Shown here: piece after piece, positions 1-6,577 of the stretch | Layout: the number at the start of each line of letters is the position of its first letter | Numbering within the stretch: position 1 is the first letter of the stretch | Source of the DNA: Mycolicibacterium pyrenivorans | GTDB lineage: Bacteria; Actinomycetota; Actinomycetes; Mycobacteriales; Mycobacteriaceae | Length of the DNA: 32,000 bases | Direction of reading: 5' to 3' | Assembly (NCBI RefSeq): GCF_025821625.1 | Contig: NZ_JACKSH010000259.1 | Location: forward strand, 13,347-45,346 | Position numbers and translations under genes: made by a program | Notes under the pieces: model-generated | The model's input: the letters and a program-made list of their open reading frames with translations, nothing else | The model's database searches: none | What the model was told of the DNA's origin: nothing

Positions 1-397
1 GATCCTTGATCGACGTGCGATAGGTGTGGAACCTCGCCGTTGACAATCCGCGGACGTTTTCCAAAATGACTGCTTTCGGCTGCGCTTCCTCGACGAGACG
101 GAGCGCCTCCGGGAACAAATCACGTTCGTCGTCCTCGCCCAGCTGCTTGCCGGCAATCGAGAATGGTGGGCACGGGACGCCGCCAGCCAGAAGATCGATA
201 CCGCGATATGCAGTCCCGTCAACGCCGCGGACATCACCCTCATGGATCTTCCATCGGCTCCGGTTCAGCCGCAGCGTCTGGCATGCATCTGGGTCGATCT
301 CGACGGCAAGCTCATGCCCGAACCCGGCGAGGTCAAGCCCTAGCGACTGACCACCGGCACCCGCGCAAATTTCCAGGCAGCTCAGCTTGCTGACCAT
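1..397 (-). CDS. dcm: DNA (cytosine-5)-methyltransferase, N-terminal 132 aa only (gene runs off window start)
   Basis: Not in the ORF track because it leaves the window. Hand translation of the minus strand from ATG 397..395 gives MVSKLSCLEICAGAGGQSLGLDLAGFGHELAVEIDPDACQTLRLN...GIDLLAGGVPCPPFSIAGKQLGEDDERDLFPEALRLVEEAQPKAVILENVRGL. This shows C5-MTase motif I (CAGAGG AdoMet loop), motif IV (GVPCPPFS, catalytic Cys) and motif VI (ENV). GGAGGGG Shine-Dalgarno lies 4 nt upstream. Divergently paired with vsr. Confidence 0.85.
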   Translation of the reverse strand, partial: MVSKLSCLEICAGAGGQSLGLDLAGFGHELAVEIDPDACQTLRLNRSRWKIHEGDVRGVDGTAYRGIDLLAGGVPCPPFSIAGKQLGEDDERDLFPEALRLVEEAQPKAVILENVRGLSTARFHTYRTSIKD

Positions 398-410
398 CTC
401 ACCCCTCCGC

Positions 411-438
411 CTTCTATCGAACATTTGTTCGATAGAAG
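411..438. promoter_or_regulatory. 28-bp palindrome (13-bp perfect arms, tt centre) in the dcm/vsr divergent spacer; operator-like
   Basis: cttctatcgaaca-tt-tgttcgatagaag. I checked every arm position and all are complementary. It is AT-richer than its surroundings and lies 14-41 nt upstream of the dcm ATG. Confidence 0.5.
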
Positions 439-491
439 ACACTACCGCGGGATAGTACGGGTCGTCAAACCCCTGCGCGTACCGTATCCGT

Positions 492-947
492 ATGGTCGTC
501 GAGGACGGCGATGGCGCGCCGACAACACCCGAAACGGGCGTGTACGTCACAACCCCTGGCCGATCCCGAAACATGGCCGCGATCCGGCGTCGGGACACGA
601 AACCCGAGGTCAGCTTGCGTTCGGCCCTCCATCGCCGCGGCTACCGCTTCCGCAAGGATTTCGCCATCCGGGTCGACGGCAAGCTCATTCGGCCTGACAT
701 CGCTTTCACCAAACATCGCTTCGCCGTCTTCATCGACGGCTGCTTCTGGCACAGCTGCCCCGAGCACGGTCGGCAACCCAGCGTGAACGGCGCGTATTGG
801 TCCCCTAAGCTCGAAGGCAACGCCCGACGGGACCGGGACCAGACGGCGGCACTGCAATCCGCCGGATGGAACGTGGTTCGGTTCTGGGGTCACGAAACGG
901 AGGACACGGTTGTCGCGGCAATCGAAGCAATTCTCAGACCTTCCTGA
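492..947 (+). CDS. vsr: Very-short-patch repair endonuclease Vsr (T:G mismatch nicking)
   Basis: GRSRNMAAIRRRDTKPEVSLRSALHRRGYRFR ... PDIAFTKHRFAVFIDGCFWHSCPEH ... WSPKLEGNARRDRDQTAALQSAGWNVVRFWGHE matches the Vsr pattern (SxNM..I...DT.PE, FxxGCFWH, N..RD, W.v..vWE). The true start may be the in-frame GTG at 540. Confidence 0.85.
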   Translation: MVVEDGDGAPTTPETGVYVTTPGRSRNMAAIRRRDTKPEVSLRSALHRRGYRFRKDFAIRVDGKLIRPDIAFTKHRFAVFIDGCFWHSCPEHGRQPSVNGAYWSPKLEGNARRDRDQTAALQSAGWNVVRFWGHETEDTVVAAIEAILRPS

Positions 948-994
948 GCATTGTCGGAACCGTTTCCTATTGTCGGCAGCATGAGCGAGTTACG

Positions 995-1035
995 GGCGAA
1001 CCGCTTTCGCCTTGCACCTCTGCGAATGCGTTCGC
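995..1035. terminator. Two short tandem hairpins between convergent gene ends
   Basis: GGCGAA-ccgct-TTCGCC (995-1011) and GCGAA-tgcg-TTCGC (1022-1035), between the vsr stop (947) and the minus-strand small ORF stop (1051). Stems are only 5-6 bp and there is no U-tract. Confidence 0.3.
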
Positions 1036-1050
1036 CTGTAGCTCACGACG

Positions 1051-1299
1051 CTATCGCGCGACCCAGATGACAAAGGCGTCGATGTTTTCGTCGCATCTGA
1101 CCGTGTCGTTGACGAATAATTCCCCCACCAGGTGGCCGTCCTCGGCCACCGCGATGAAGGTGGCTTCCTCCTTGTCGTACCTCACCGAGCCTTGCACGAA
1201 CATCGCCGCGAACTAGTGCCCGTCGGCTCCGAGAACGACGAGCTTCAATCCTCCGGCACCCTTGAGGTGCCGCACCGCTTCGGCACGTGTCGCGACCAT
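1051..1299 (-). pseudogene. Small ORF (82 sense codons) interrupted by one in-frame TAG
   Basis: Hand translation from ATG 1299 gives MVATRAEAVRHLKGAGGLKLVVLGADGH-TAG(1215..1213)-FAAMFVQGSVRYDKEEATFIAVAEDGHLVGELFVNDTVRCDENIDAFVIWVAR-TAG(1053..1051). The frame is the same on both sides of the stop, third-position GC is high throughout, and an AGGAGA SD lies about 8 nt upstream. No family recognised. Confidence 0.4.
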
Positions 1300-1433
1300 C
1301 GTTGGGATCTCCTGTCTGCTGACGGCAAGTTGTACCGAGTATCTCCGAGGGATCCAGGGGAGAGATGCCGGCAACACCCGACCTCCGCACCGGGGCCGTT
1401 CGGCTCTAGCAAACAGACCAGTCGTCGGCAACC

Positions 1434-2156
1434 GTGGCATGTATGAGGGGACCGGGCCGGACCAGACCATTCCCCACGGCGGTCGGCGGCACCGTGCCGC
1501 AGGGTGTCGCCGAGGTGGGCGAATGTCGGCTCGGCGGTGTCGACCAGTGGGTGCTGGTCCGCGGCCGCGAACTGGCCAACCCGCCACTGATCCATCTCCA
1601 CGGTGGACCGGGTTTCAGCGAGACCCGCCTTCTCAGGCACTTCAACTCTGACATTGAGAACCGGTTCACCGTCGTCTACCGGGACCAGCGCGGCACCGGC
1701 AAGTCGTTCCGCCCGAGCATCCCGCGATCGTCGATGACCGTTGAGCAGTTCCTCACCGACCTCTACGAGCTGGTCGACATGGTCTGCGCCCGCGTCGGCA
1801 AGGAACAGGTTGTGCTGCACGGCCACTCGTGGGGCTCCCTGCTCGGTGTGCTCTACGCCGACCGGCACCCGGAACGGATCGCAGCGTACCTCGGCACCGT
1901 CCAGATCGACGATGCGGCGGCTGCGGAGTCCGCCTCGTATACCTGCCCGCTCGCCGCTGCCGAACTGCGACGCAACCGCCGGGTCTTGGAGGCGCTGCGC
2001 GCTATCGGTCCGCCCCCTATCCGGCATCCTGTGTCTTCTCCGCGGACCTGGCTGCAGCGCCTCGACGGCCAAAGCGTGCCATTTCCGGGCGATCAGCCGC
2101 AGAATCAATCCACAGGCCCCGTTGAGACTGCAGACAGGGCGGAGAAGTTCGAGTAG
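1434..2156 (+). pseudogene. Alpha/beta hydrolase (proline-iminopeptidase-like), 3'-truncated
   Basis: HLHGGPGFSE oxyanion region, DQRGTGKS, and nucleophile elbow GHSWGS are present. Family-like sequence stops near aa 214 (..WLQRLDGQS), where the dispersed repeat begins (2076). The last ~25 codons and the stop are encoded by the repeat. The catalytic Asp/His region expected in ~300-aa family members is absent. Confidence 0.65.
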
Positions 2157-2182
2157 CGCCCTCCCTCAGTGCAGCCTCAACG
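2076..2182. repeat. Dispersed repeat, copy 1 (5' extension plus ~60-bp core 2121-2181)
   Basis: The core gttgagactgcagacagggcggagaagttcgagtagcgccctccctcagtgcagcctcaac aligns by eye with 16189-16250, 30126-30187 and 30544-30604. The 5' extension gtgccatttccgggcgatcagccgcagaatcaatccacaggcc aligns with 30478-30521. The core ends are inverted repeats (gttgagactgca / tgcagcctcaac). Confidence 0.6.
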
Positions 2183-2323
2183 GCCGCGCGGCCCGGTGAC
2201 AGTGTGACGCGAGTGCCCTGCGCTCGGTCACGCCCGGTACGCAACCGTCAAAGCCTGCGCAAACACAGCCGCTGAGCGGTACCTTTAGCCCAATACTCGC
2301 ACTTCACCGGAGGACGTAGGGCG

Positions 2324-5272
2324 ATGGCGGGCGAAATAGCGTACGAGCTGGCATCCGCCGGATTCGTCGACGCCGTCGAGGTGGGCAGGGGCGGTGGCGG
2401 CGTCGTCTACCGCTGCCACCAGCAGTCACTCGGGCGCACCGTCGCCATCAAGGTCCTCGCATCCAATCTCGACCAGGACGACCAGGAACGATTCCTGCGC
2501 GAGGGCTACGCGATGGGCGGACTATCGGGCCACCCGAACATCGTGAACATCCTGCAGGTCGGCATGACCGAACGGGACCGGCCCTTCATCGTGATGCCCT
2601 ATCACGCAAGGGGTTCGCTCGCCGACCAGGTGCGGCGGCAGGGCCGGATCCCGTGGCCGGACGTGCTGCGCATCGGCGTGAAACTGTGCGGGGCGCTCGA
2701 AACCGCGCACCGGACAGGCACTTTGCATCGCGATATCAAGCCCGCCAATGTGCTTGTCAACGACTACGGCGATCCGCAGCTGAGCGACTTCGGCACCGCC
2801 CGCATCGTCGGCGGGTACAAGACGGTCACCGGGTTCTTCACCGGCACACTGTCCTACACCGCACCCGAGGTGCTCACCGGTAAGCCACCGACGGTCGTGG
2901 CAGACGTCTACTCGCTGGGCGCCACGATGTACGCGTTGATCGCCGGCAAGGCCGCGCACGAGCGCAACACCGACGAGGAGCTGATCGCGCACTACCTGCG
3001 GATCACCTCGCAGCCGGTACCGGATCTGCGTCACCTCGGCATCCCCTCCGATGTGTGCTCGGCGATCGAGAAGGCGATGGCGCTCGATCCGGCCGAGCGG
3101 TTCGACTCGGCGGCCGAATTCGGTCGCGCCCTGCAGGAAGCCCAGCGGCACAACGGGTTGACCGCGGACGCGATGGCGATCAGCGAAGCGTCCCCTCCTC
3201 CCGAGCAACCCGAGGGCACACAGGCGATTCCGCTGTCGGAACCGTCCTACCCGTCTGCCGCGCCACCCATCCCGGTCAACGTGCCACCGGCACCGCCGCC
3301 GGCCCCGCCCCCACCCGACATGTTCGCCCGCAGCCCGTCGAACACACCGTGGAGCCCTCCTCCCCCGCCGCCCGTCGCGCCGCCGAAGGACCGCAAGAAG
3401 ACACTGATCGCGCTCGCCGCCGCGGCGGCCGTGGTGCTGCTGGTGATCGGCGCCGTCGTGATCGTCGCGTCGTCGAGGGACACCGGCGGTGGTGGCGACC
3501 CGACGCCGGCTGCGCAGCCGGCCGCCGAAGCGCAGCCGGGGTGGCGGGCGATCGCCGACGCCCGCACGGCCCTCGCCGGGGCGGCGGCCACGCAGGCCGA
3601 CGGCACCATCTGGATGTTCGGCGGTATGGACGCCGACGACCGGGTCAGCGGCACCCACGAGGGGTACGACCCCGCGATCGACAGCTGGAAGGGCGGCGAG
3701 GCCCTGCCGGTTCCGGTGCAGCGCGCGATGTCGGTGACCTGGCAGGACACCCCGGTCGTACTGGGTGGCTGGCGCACCGAGGGCGCCAACCCGAAGGTCG
3801 CCACCGATCGGGTGTGGCGGGTGGTCAACAGCCGCTGGATGGAGTTGCCGCCGCTGCTGCAGCCACGCGCGGCGGCGGCGGCCGCCGTGGTGGGTGACCG
3901 CATCGTCGTCACCGGCGGCGTGGATGCCGACGGCAGGGTGCTGGGCACCACCGAGGTGTACGACGGCACCGGGTGGAAGCCGGGCGCGCCGATGCCGACG
4001 CCGCGGCAGCTGCTGGCCGCGGCGTCTGACGGCAAGCTGGTCTACGCGATCGGCGGCACGAACGGGACGGCGGACCTGGCGACGGTCGAGGCGTACGACC
4101 CGGCCGCCGACACCTGGACGACCATGCCCGCGCTTCCGGAGCCACGCAGCGACTTCGGCGTCGCGGTCACCGACGCCCGATTGGTGGCGGTCGGCGGCAC
4201 CGCCGGGGGGCGGCCCCTCGGGACTGTGACCGCGCTCGATCTGACGACCTCGACGTGGTCCGACCTGCCGGACATGGGCACCGCACGTCACGGTGTGGCC
4301 GTGGCGGCCGTCGGCAAGACGGTGTACGCGATCGGCGGGTCCACCGGCGCCGGCGACGGCCAGGCCACGTCGTCGGCGGAAGCGCTGAAGCTGGCGCCGC
4401 GCACGCCGCAACCCGCGGCGCGGTGGCGCTCGCTGCCCGACGCGCCGACCGCCCGGCTGATGATGGCGTACACCGTGCTCGACGACAAGATCTGGCTCAT
4501 CGGCGGAATCCGCGAGGGCGAGACGCTGCAGACCGTCGAGACGTACGACCCCCGAACCCAACAGTGGCAACCGCAGCCGTCGCTGCCGATCCCGCTGAAC
4601 CATGCCGCGGCGGCGACCTACCGCGGCGAGGTCGTGGTGATCGGCGGCGCCACCGACACCATCACGCAGGCGTCGGACAAGGTGTTCGCGCTCCGTGGCG
4701 ACACGTGGGTCGAGTTGCCGAGCCTGCAGCACGCGCGGGCGGCGCCGGCGGCGGCGGTGGTCGACGACGAGCTCGTCGTGGTCGGCGGGCAGAACGACAA
4801 ACAGATCGTGCCCCAGACTGAGGTCTTCGACGGCCAGTCGTGGACGCAGGCGGCCGATATGCCCACTCCCCGTGAGCATCTCGCGGCGGTGTCCGACGGC
4901 GTGTACGTCTACACGGTCGGCGGCCGGCTGCTCAGCGCCGACGAGAACTCGGCGGCATTCGAGCGGTTCGACCCAGCGTCCGACAATTGGGAGAAGTTGC
5001 CCGACATGCCGTCTCCCCGCGGCAGCTACGGTGCGGCGTTCGTCGACGGCCGCATCGTGGTGGTCGGCGGCGAGGAGCCGACCCGCGTGCTGGCCACCGT
5101 CGAAATGTACGACATCGCCAACCGCAAGTGGAGCACGCAGGCGCCGATCAACACGCCGGTGCACGGCCAAGCGGTCGCGGTGGTCGGCTCCACCGTCTAC
5201 CGCATCGGGGGCGCCGACCGGCCGACCCACGAAGGGCCGGTGGCGACGGTCGAGGCGCTGGACTTCACGTAG
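2324..5272 (+). CDS. Receptor Ser/Thr protein kinase: Hanks kinase, Pro-rich linker, 1 TM helix, 12 Kelch repeats
   Basis: Kinase motifs VAIKVL, HRDIKPANVL, SDFGTAR and YTAPEV. Pro-rich linker APPIPVNVPPAPPPAPPPPD...PPPPPPVAPP. TM helix LIALAAAAAVVLLVIGAVVIVA. Twelve ~48-aa repeats follow, each with W..LP.mp..R...aa...g.iyviGG. GGAGGA SD upstream of ATG 2324. Confidence 0.95.
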   Translation: MAGEIAYELASAGFVDAVEVGRGGGGVVYRCHQQSLGRTVAIKVLASNLDQDDQERFLREGYAMGGLSGHPNIVNILQVGMTERDRPFIVMPYHARGSLADQVRRQGRIPWPDVLRIGVKLCGALETAHRTGTLHRDIKPANVLVNDYGDPQLSDFGTARIVGGYKTVTGFFTGTLSYTAPEVLTGKPPTVVADVYSLGATMYALIAGKAAHERNTDEELIAHYLRITSQPVPDLRHLGIPSDVCSAIEKAMALDPAERFDSAAEFGRALQEAQRHNGLTADAMAISEASPPPEQPEGTQAIPLSEPSYPSAAPPIPVNVPPAPPPAPPPPDMFARSPSNTPWSPPPPPPVAPPKDRKKTLIALAAAAAVVLLVIGAVVIVASSRDTGGGGDPTPAAQPAAEAQPGWRAIADARTALAGAAATQADGTIWMFGGMDADDRVSGTHEGYDPAIDSWKGGEALPVPVQRAMSVTWQDTPVVLGGWRTEGANPKVATDRVWRVVNSRWMELPPLLQPRAAAAAAVVGDRIVVTGGVDADGRVLGTTEVYDGTGWKPGAPMPTPRQLLAAASDGKLVYAIGGTNGTADLATVEAYDPAADTWTTMPALPEPRSDFGVAVTDARLVAVGGTAGGRPLGTVTALDLTTSTWSDLPDMGTARHGVAVAAVGKTVYAIGGSTGAGDGQATSSAEALKLAPRTPQPAARWRSLPDAPTARLMMAYTVLDDKIWLIGGIREGETLQTVETYDPRTQQWQPQPSLPIPLNHAAAATYRGEVVVIGGATDTITQASDKVFALRGDTWVELPSLQHARAAPAAAVVDDELVVVGGQNDKQIVPQTEVFDGQSWTQAADMPTPREHLAAVSDGVYVYTVGGRLLSADENSAAFERFDPASDNWEKLPDMPSPRGSYGAAFVDGRIVVVGGEEPTRVLATVEMYDIANRKWSTQAPINTPVHGQAVAVVGSTVYRIGGADRPTHEGPVATVEALDFT

Positions 5273-5882
5273 CGCTGTCGCGCAACTGGGCGAGGGTGAC
5301 CGCGCCGCGGCGCAGTGCCTCGTTGGCCAGCCGGACGCGCCGGTCGCCCTCGGTGGGGATGGCGAACTTGTCGTACAGGTTCTGCAGGTGCTGTTTGACG
5401 GCGGCCTCGGTGACGAAGAGCTCGCCGGCCATCGCCTTGACCGACGCGGGTTCGGGGAACGGGTCGTCGGAGACCAACGGCCGGCACAACGCCACGAGCA
5501 CATCGTCTTCGCGGCGGGTCAGCCGCGGCGGCGCCTCGAGGGGCTGGGCAGAGACGGTCTGCTCGTCGCGGCGGCCGTCGGCGGGGTCGTGGACCATCCA
5601 GAAGATCAACCGCGACTTGCCGACGCGCACCTCGTCGCCGGAGTGCAGGACGCGTTCGGCGGTGATCTTTTCGCCGTTGAGGTAGGTGCCGTTGCGGCTG
5701 CCCATGTCGCGGATCGACCATGCGGCCCCGAGGTTTTCGAAGACGGCGTGCAACCGCGAGACGGTTTCGTCGTGCTCGAGCGCGATGTCGTTGCCCGAGG
5801 CCTTGCCGAGGGTCACGCGCTCGCCGCCCAGTGGGACGAGCTCCCGGCCGGCCGGCTTGAAGACTTCCAGGTGGGAAGACAT
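5265..5882 (-). CDS. FHA-domain / LuxR(GerE)-type HTH transcriptional regulator
   Basis: FHA signature: LGKASGNDIAL..DETVSRLHAVFENLGAAWSIRDMGSRNGTYLNGEKI. C-terminal GerE HTH: LTRREDDVLVALCRPL...MAGELFVTEAAVKQHLQNLYDKF. I place the start at ATG 5882 (MSSHLEV), 5 nt after AGGAGG, rather than at the track's GTG 5888. Confidence 0.9.
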   Translation of the reverse strand: MSSHLEVFKPAGRELVPLGGERVTLGKASGNDIALEHDETVSRLHAVFENLGAAWSIRDMGSRNGTYLNGEKITAERVLHSGDEVRVGKSRLIFWMVHDPADGRRDEQTVSAQPLEAPPRLTRREDDVLVALCRPLVSDDPFPEPASVKAMAGELFVTEAAVKQHLQNLYDKFAIPTEGDRRVRLANEALRRGAVTLAQLRDSAT

Positions 5883-5968
5883 GCGCACCTCCTATGCAGG
5901 CATTGTGGCGTAGCGCCGAGGTTCGTGGCCTGCGAACGCGGCGTTCGACGGCCGAGTGCGCGGCGGGG

Positions 5969-6002
5969 CTCGGCCCGTCACCGGTTCGGGTGACGGGCCG
6001 AG
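5969..6002 (-). terminator. Strong hairpin (14-bp perfect stem, 6-nt loop) 13 nt downstream of the secreted-protein gene stop
   Basis: ctcggcccgtcacc-ggttcg-ggtgacgggccgag. The stem is fully complementary and GC-rich. There is no U-tract, which is common for mycobacterial terminators. Confidence 0.55.
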
Positions 6003-6015
6003 CGGGGGGTGGCGG

Positions 6016-6408
6016 TCAGGGCTGGGCGAGGACCGGGGCGCGATCGAGGACGGGGGCGCGGTTGACCACCGGCGGCTGGACGACGTCGTCGCCTTTGGGT
6101 TCCGCCGGCTGGAAGATGCCACCGCCCTTGATCACCGGCGATTGGAAGATGCCGCCGCGGCTGGGCGCTGTCGTGATCGTGATCGTGCCGCCGCGGCAGC
6201 TGACGATCTTGCCGTCGACGAAGACGTCCTGGCCGTCGTCGATCGGGATCGGGTAGCCGTCCGCGTCGGTGTAGGCGCAGCTACCGGCGGGCGCGGGCTC
6301 GTTGTCGACCGCGAAGGCGGTGGCCGGGGCAACGGCGAGGACGGCGAAGGCGCCGAGGAGGGTTGCTGCGTACTTGAGGCCGGACAGCTTGGGGGTCGAT
6401 GCGGTCAT
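6016..6408 (-). CDS. Small secreted protein (130 aa) with Sec signal peptide and short internal repeats
   Basis: From ATG 6408 (GAGAGG SD upstream): MTASTPKLSGLKYAATLLGAFAVLAVAPATAFA|VDNEP, i.e. n-region Lys, hydrophobic core and an AFA cleavage motif. The mature part has 2 Cys and the repeats GGIFQSPVIKGGGIFQPAEPKG and NRAPVLDRAPVL. No family recognised. Confidence 0.7.
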   Translation of the reverse strand: MTASTPKLSGLKYAATLLGAFAVLAVAPATAFAVDNEPAPAGSCAYTDADGYPIPIDDGQDVFVDGKIVSCRGGTITITTAPSRGGIFQSPVIKGGGIFQPAEPKGDDVVQPPVVNRAPVLDRAPVLAQP

Positions 6409-6577
6409 GATGTTTGCCTCTCGATTGGTGCTGGGTGGTTTTGTTGTTGAGAGGAACACTGCTACTCAGAGCCCCCAGCCGTAATCGCCGGCAAGCCAGA
6501 GTCCCGTGCCGGAATGGGAAGACTTTCCTATCCCGCAGGTAAGAATGGGATCCACGAGCGCCGCGAGGAGGTGCGTC

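Noticed and set aside
24-393. Plus-strand ORFs (108 aa, 76 aa) at the left edge
   Set aside because: They are antisense to the C5-methyltransferase fragment, whose motifs I, IV and VI are unambiguous. Their translations are Ser/Arg/Pro-rich.
2522-5503. 993-aa ORF on the minus strand opposite the kinase gene
   Set aside because: It is antisense to a CDS with unambiguous kinase and Kelch motifs. Its translation is Arg/Pro/Gly/Ala-rich and low-complexity with no motif. This is the typical stop-codon-poor antisense frame of high-GC DNA.
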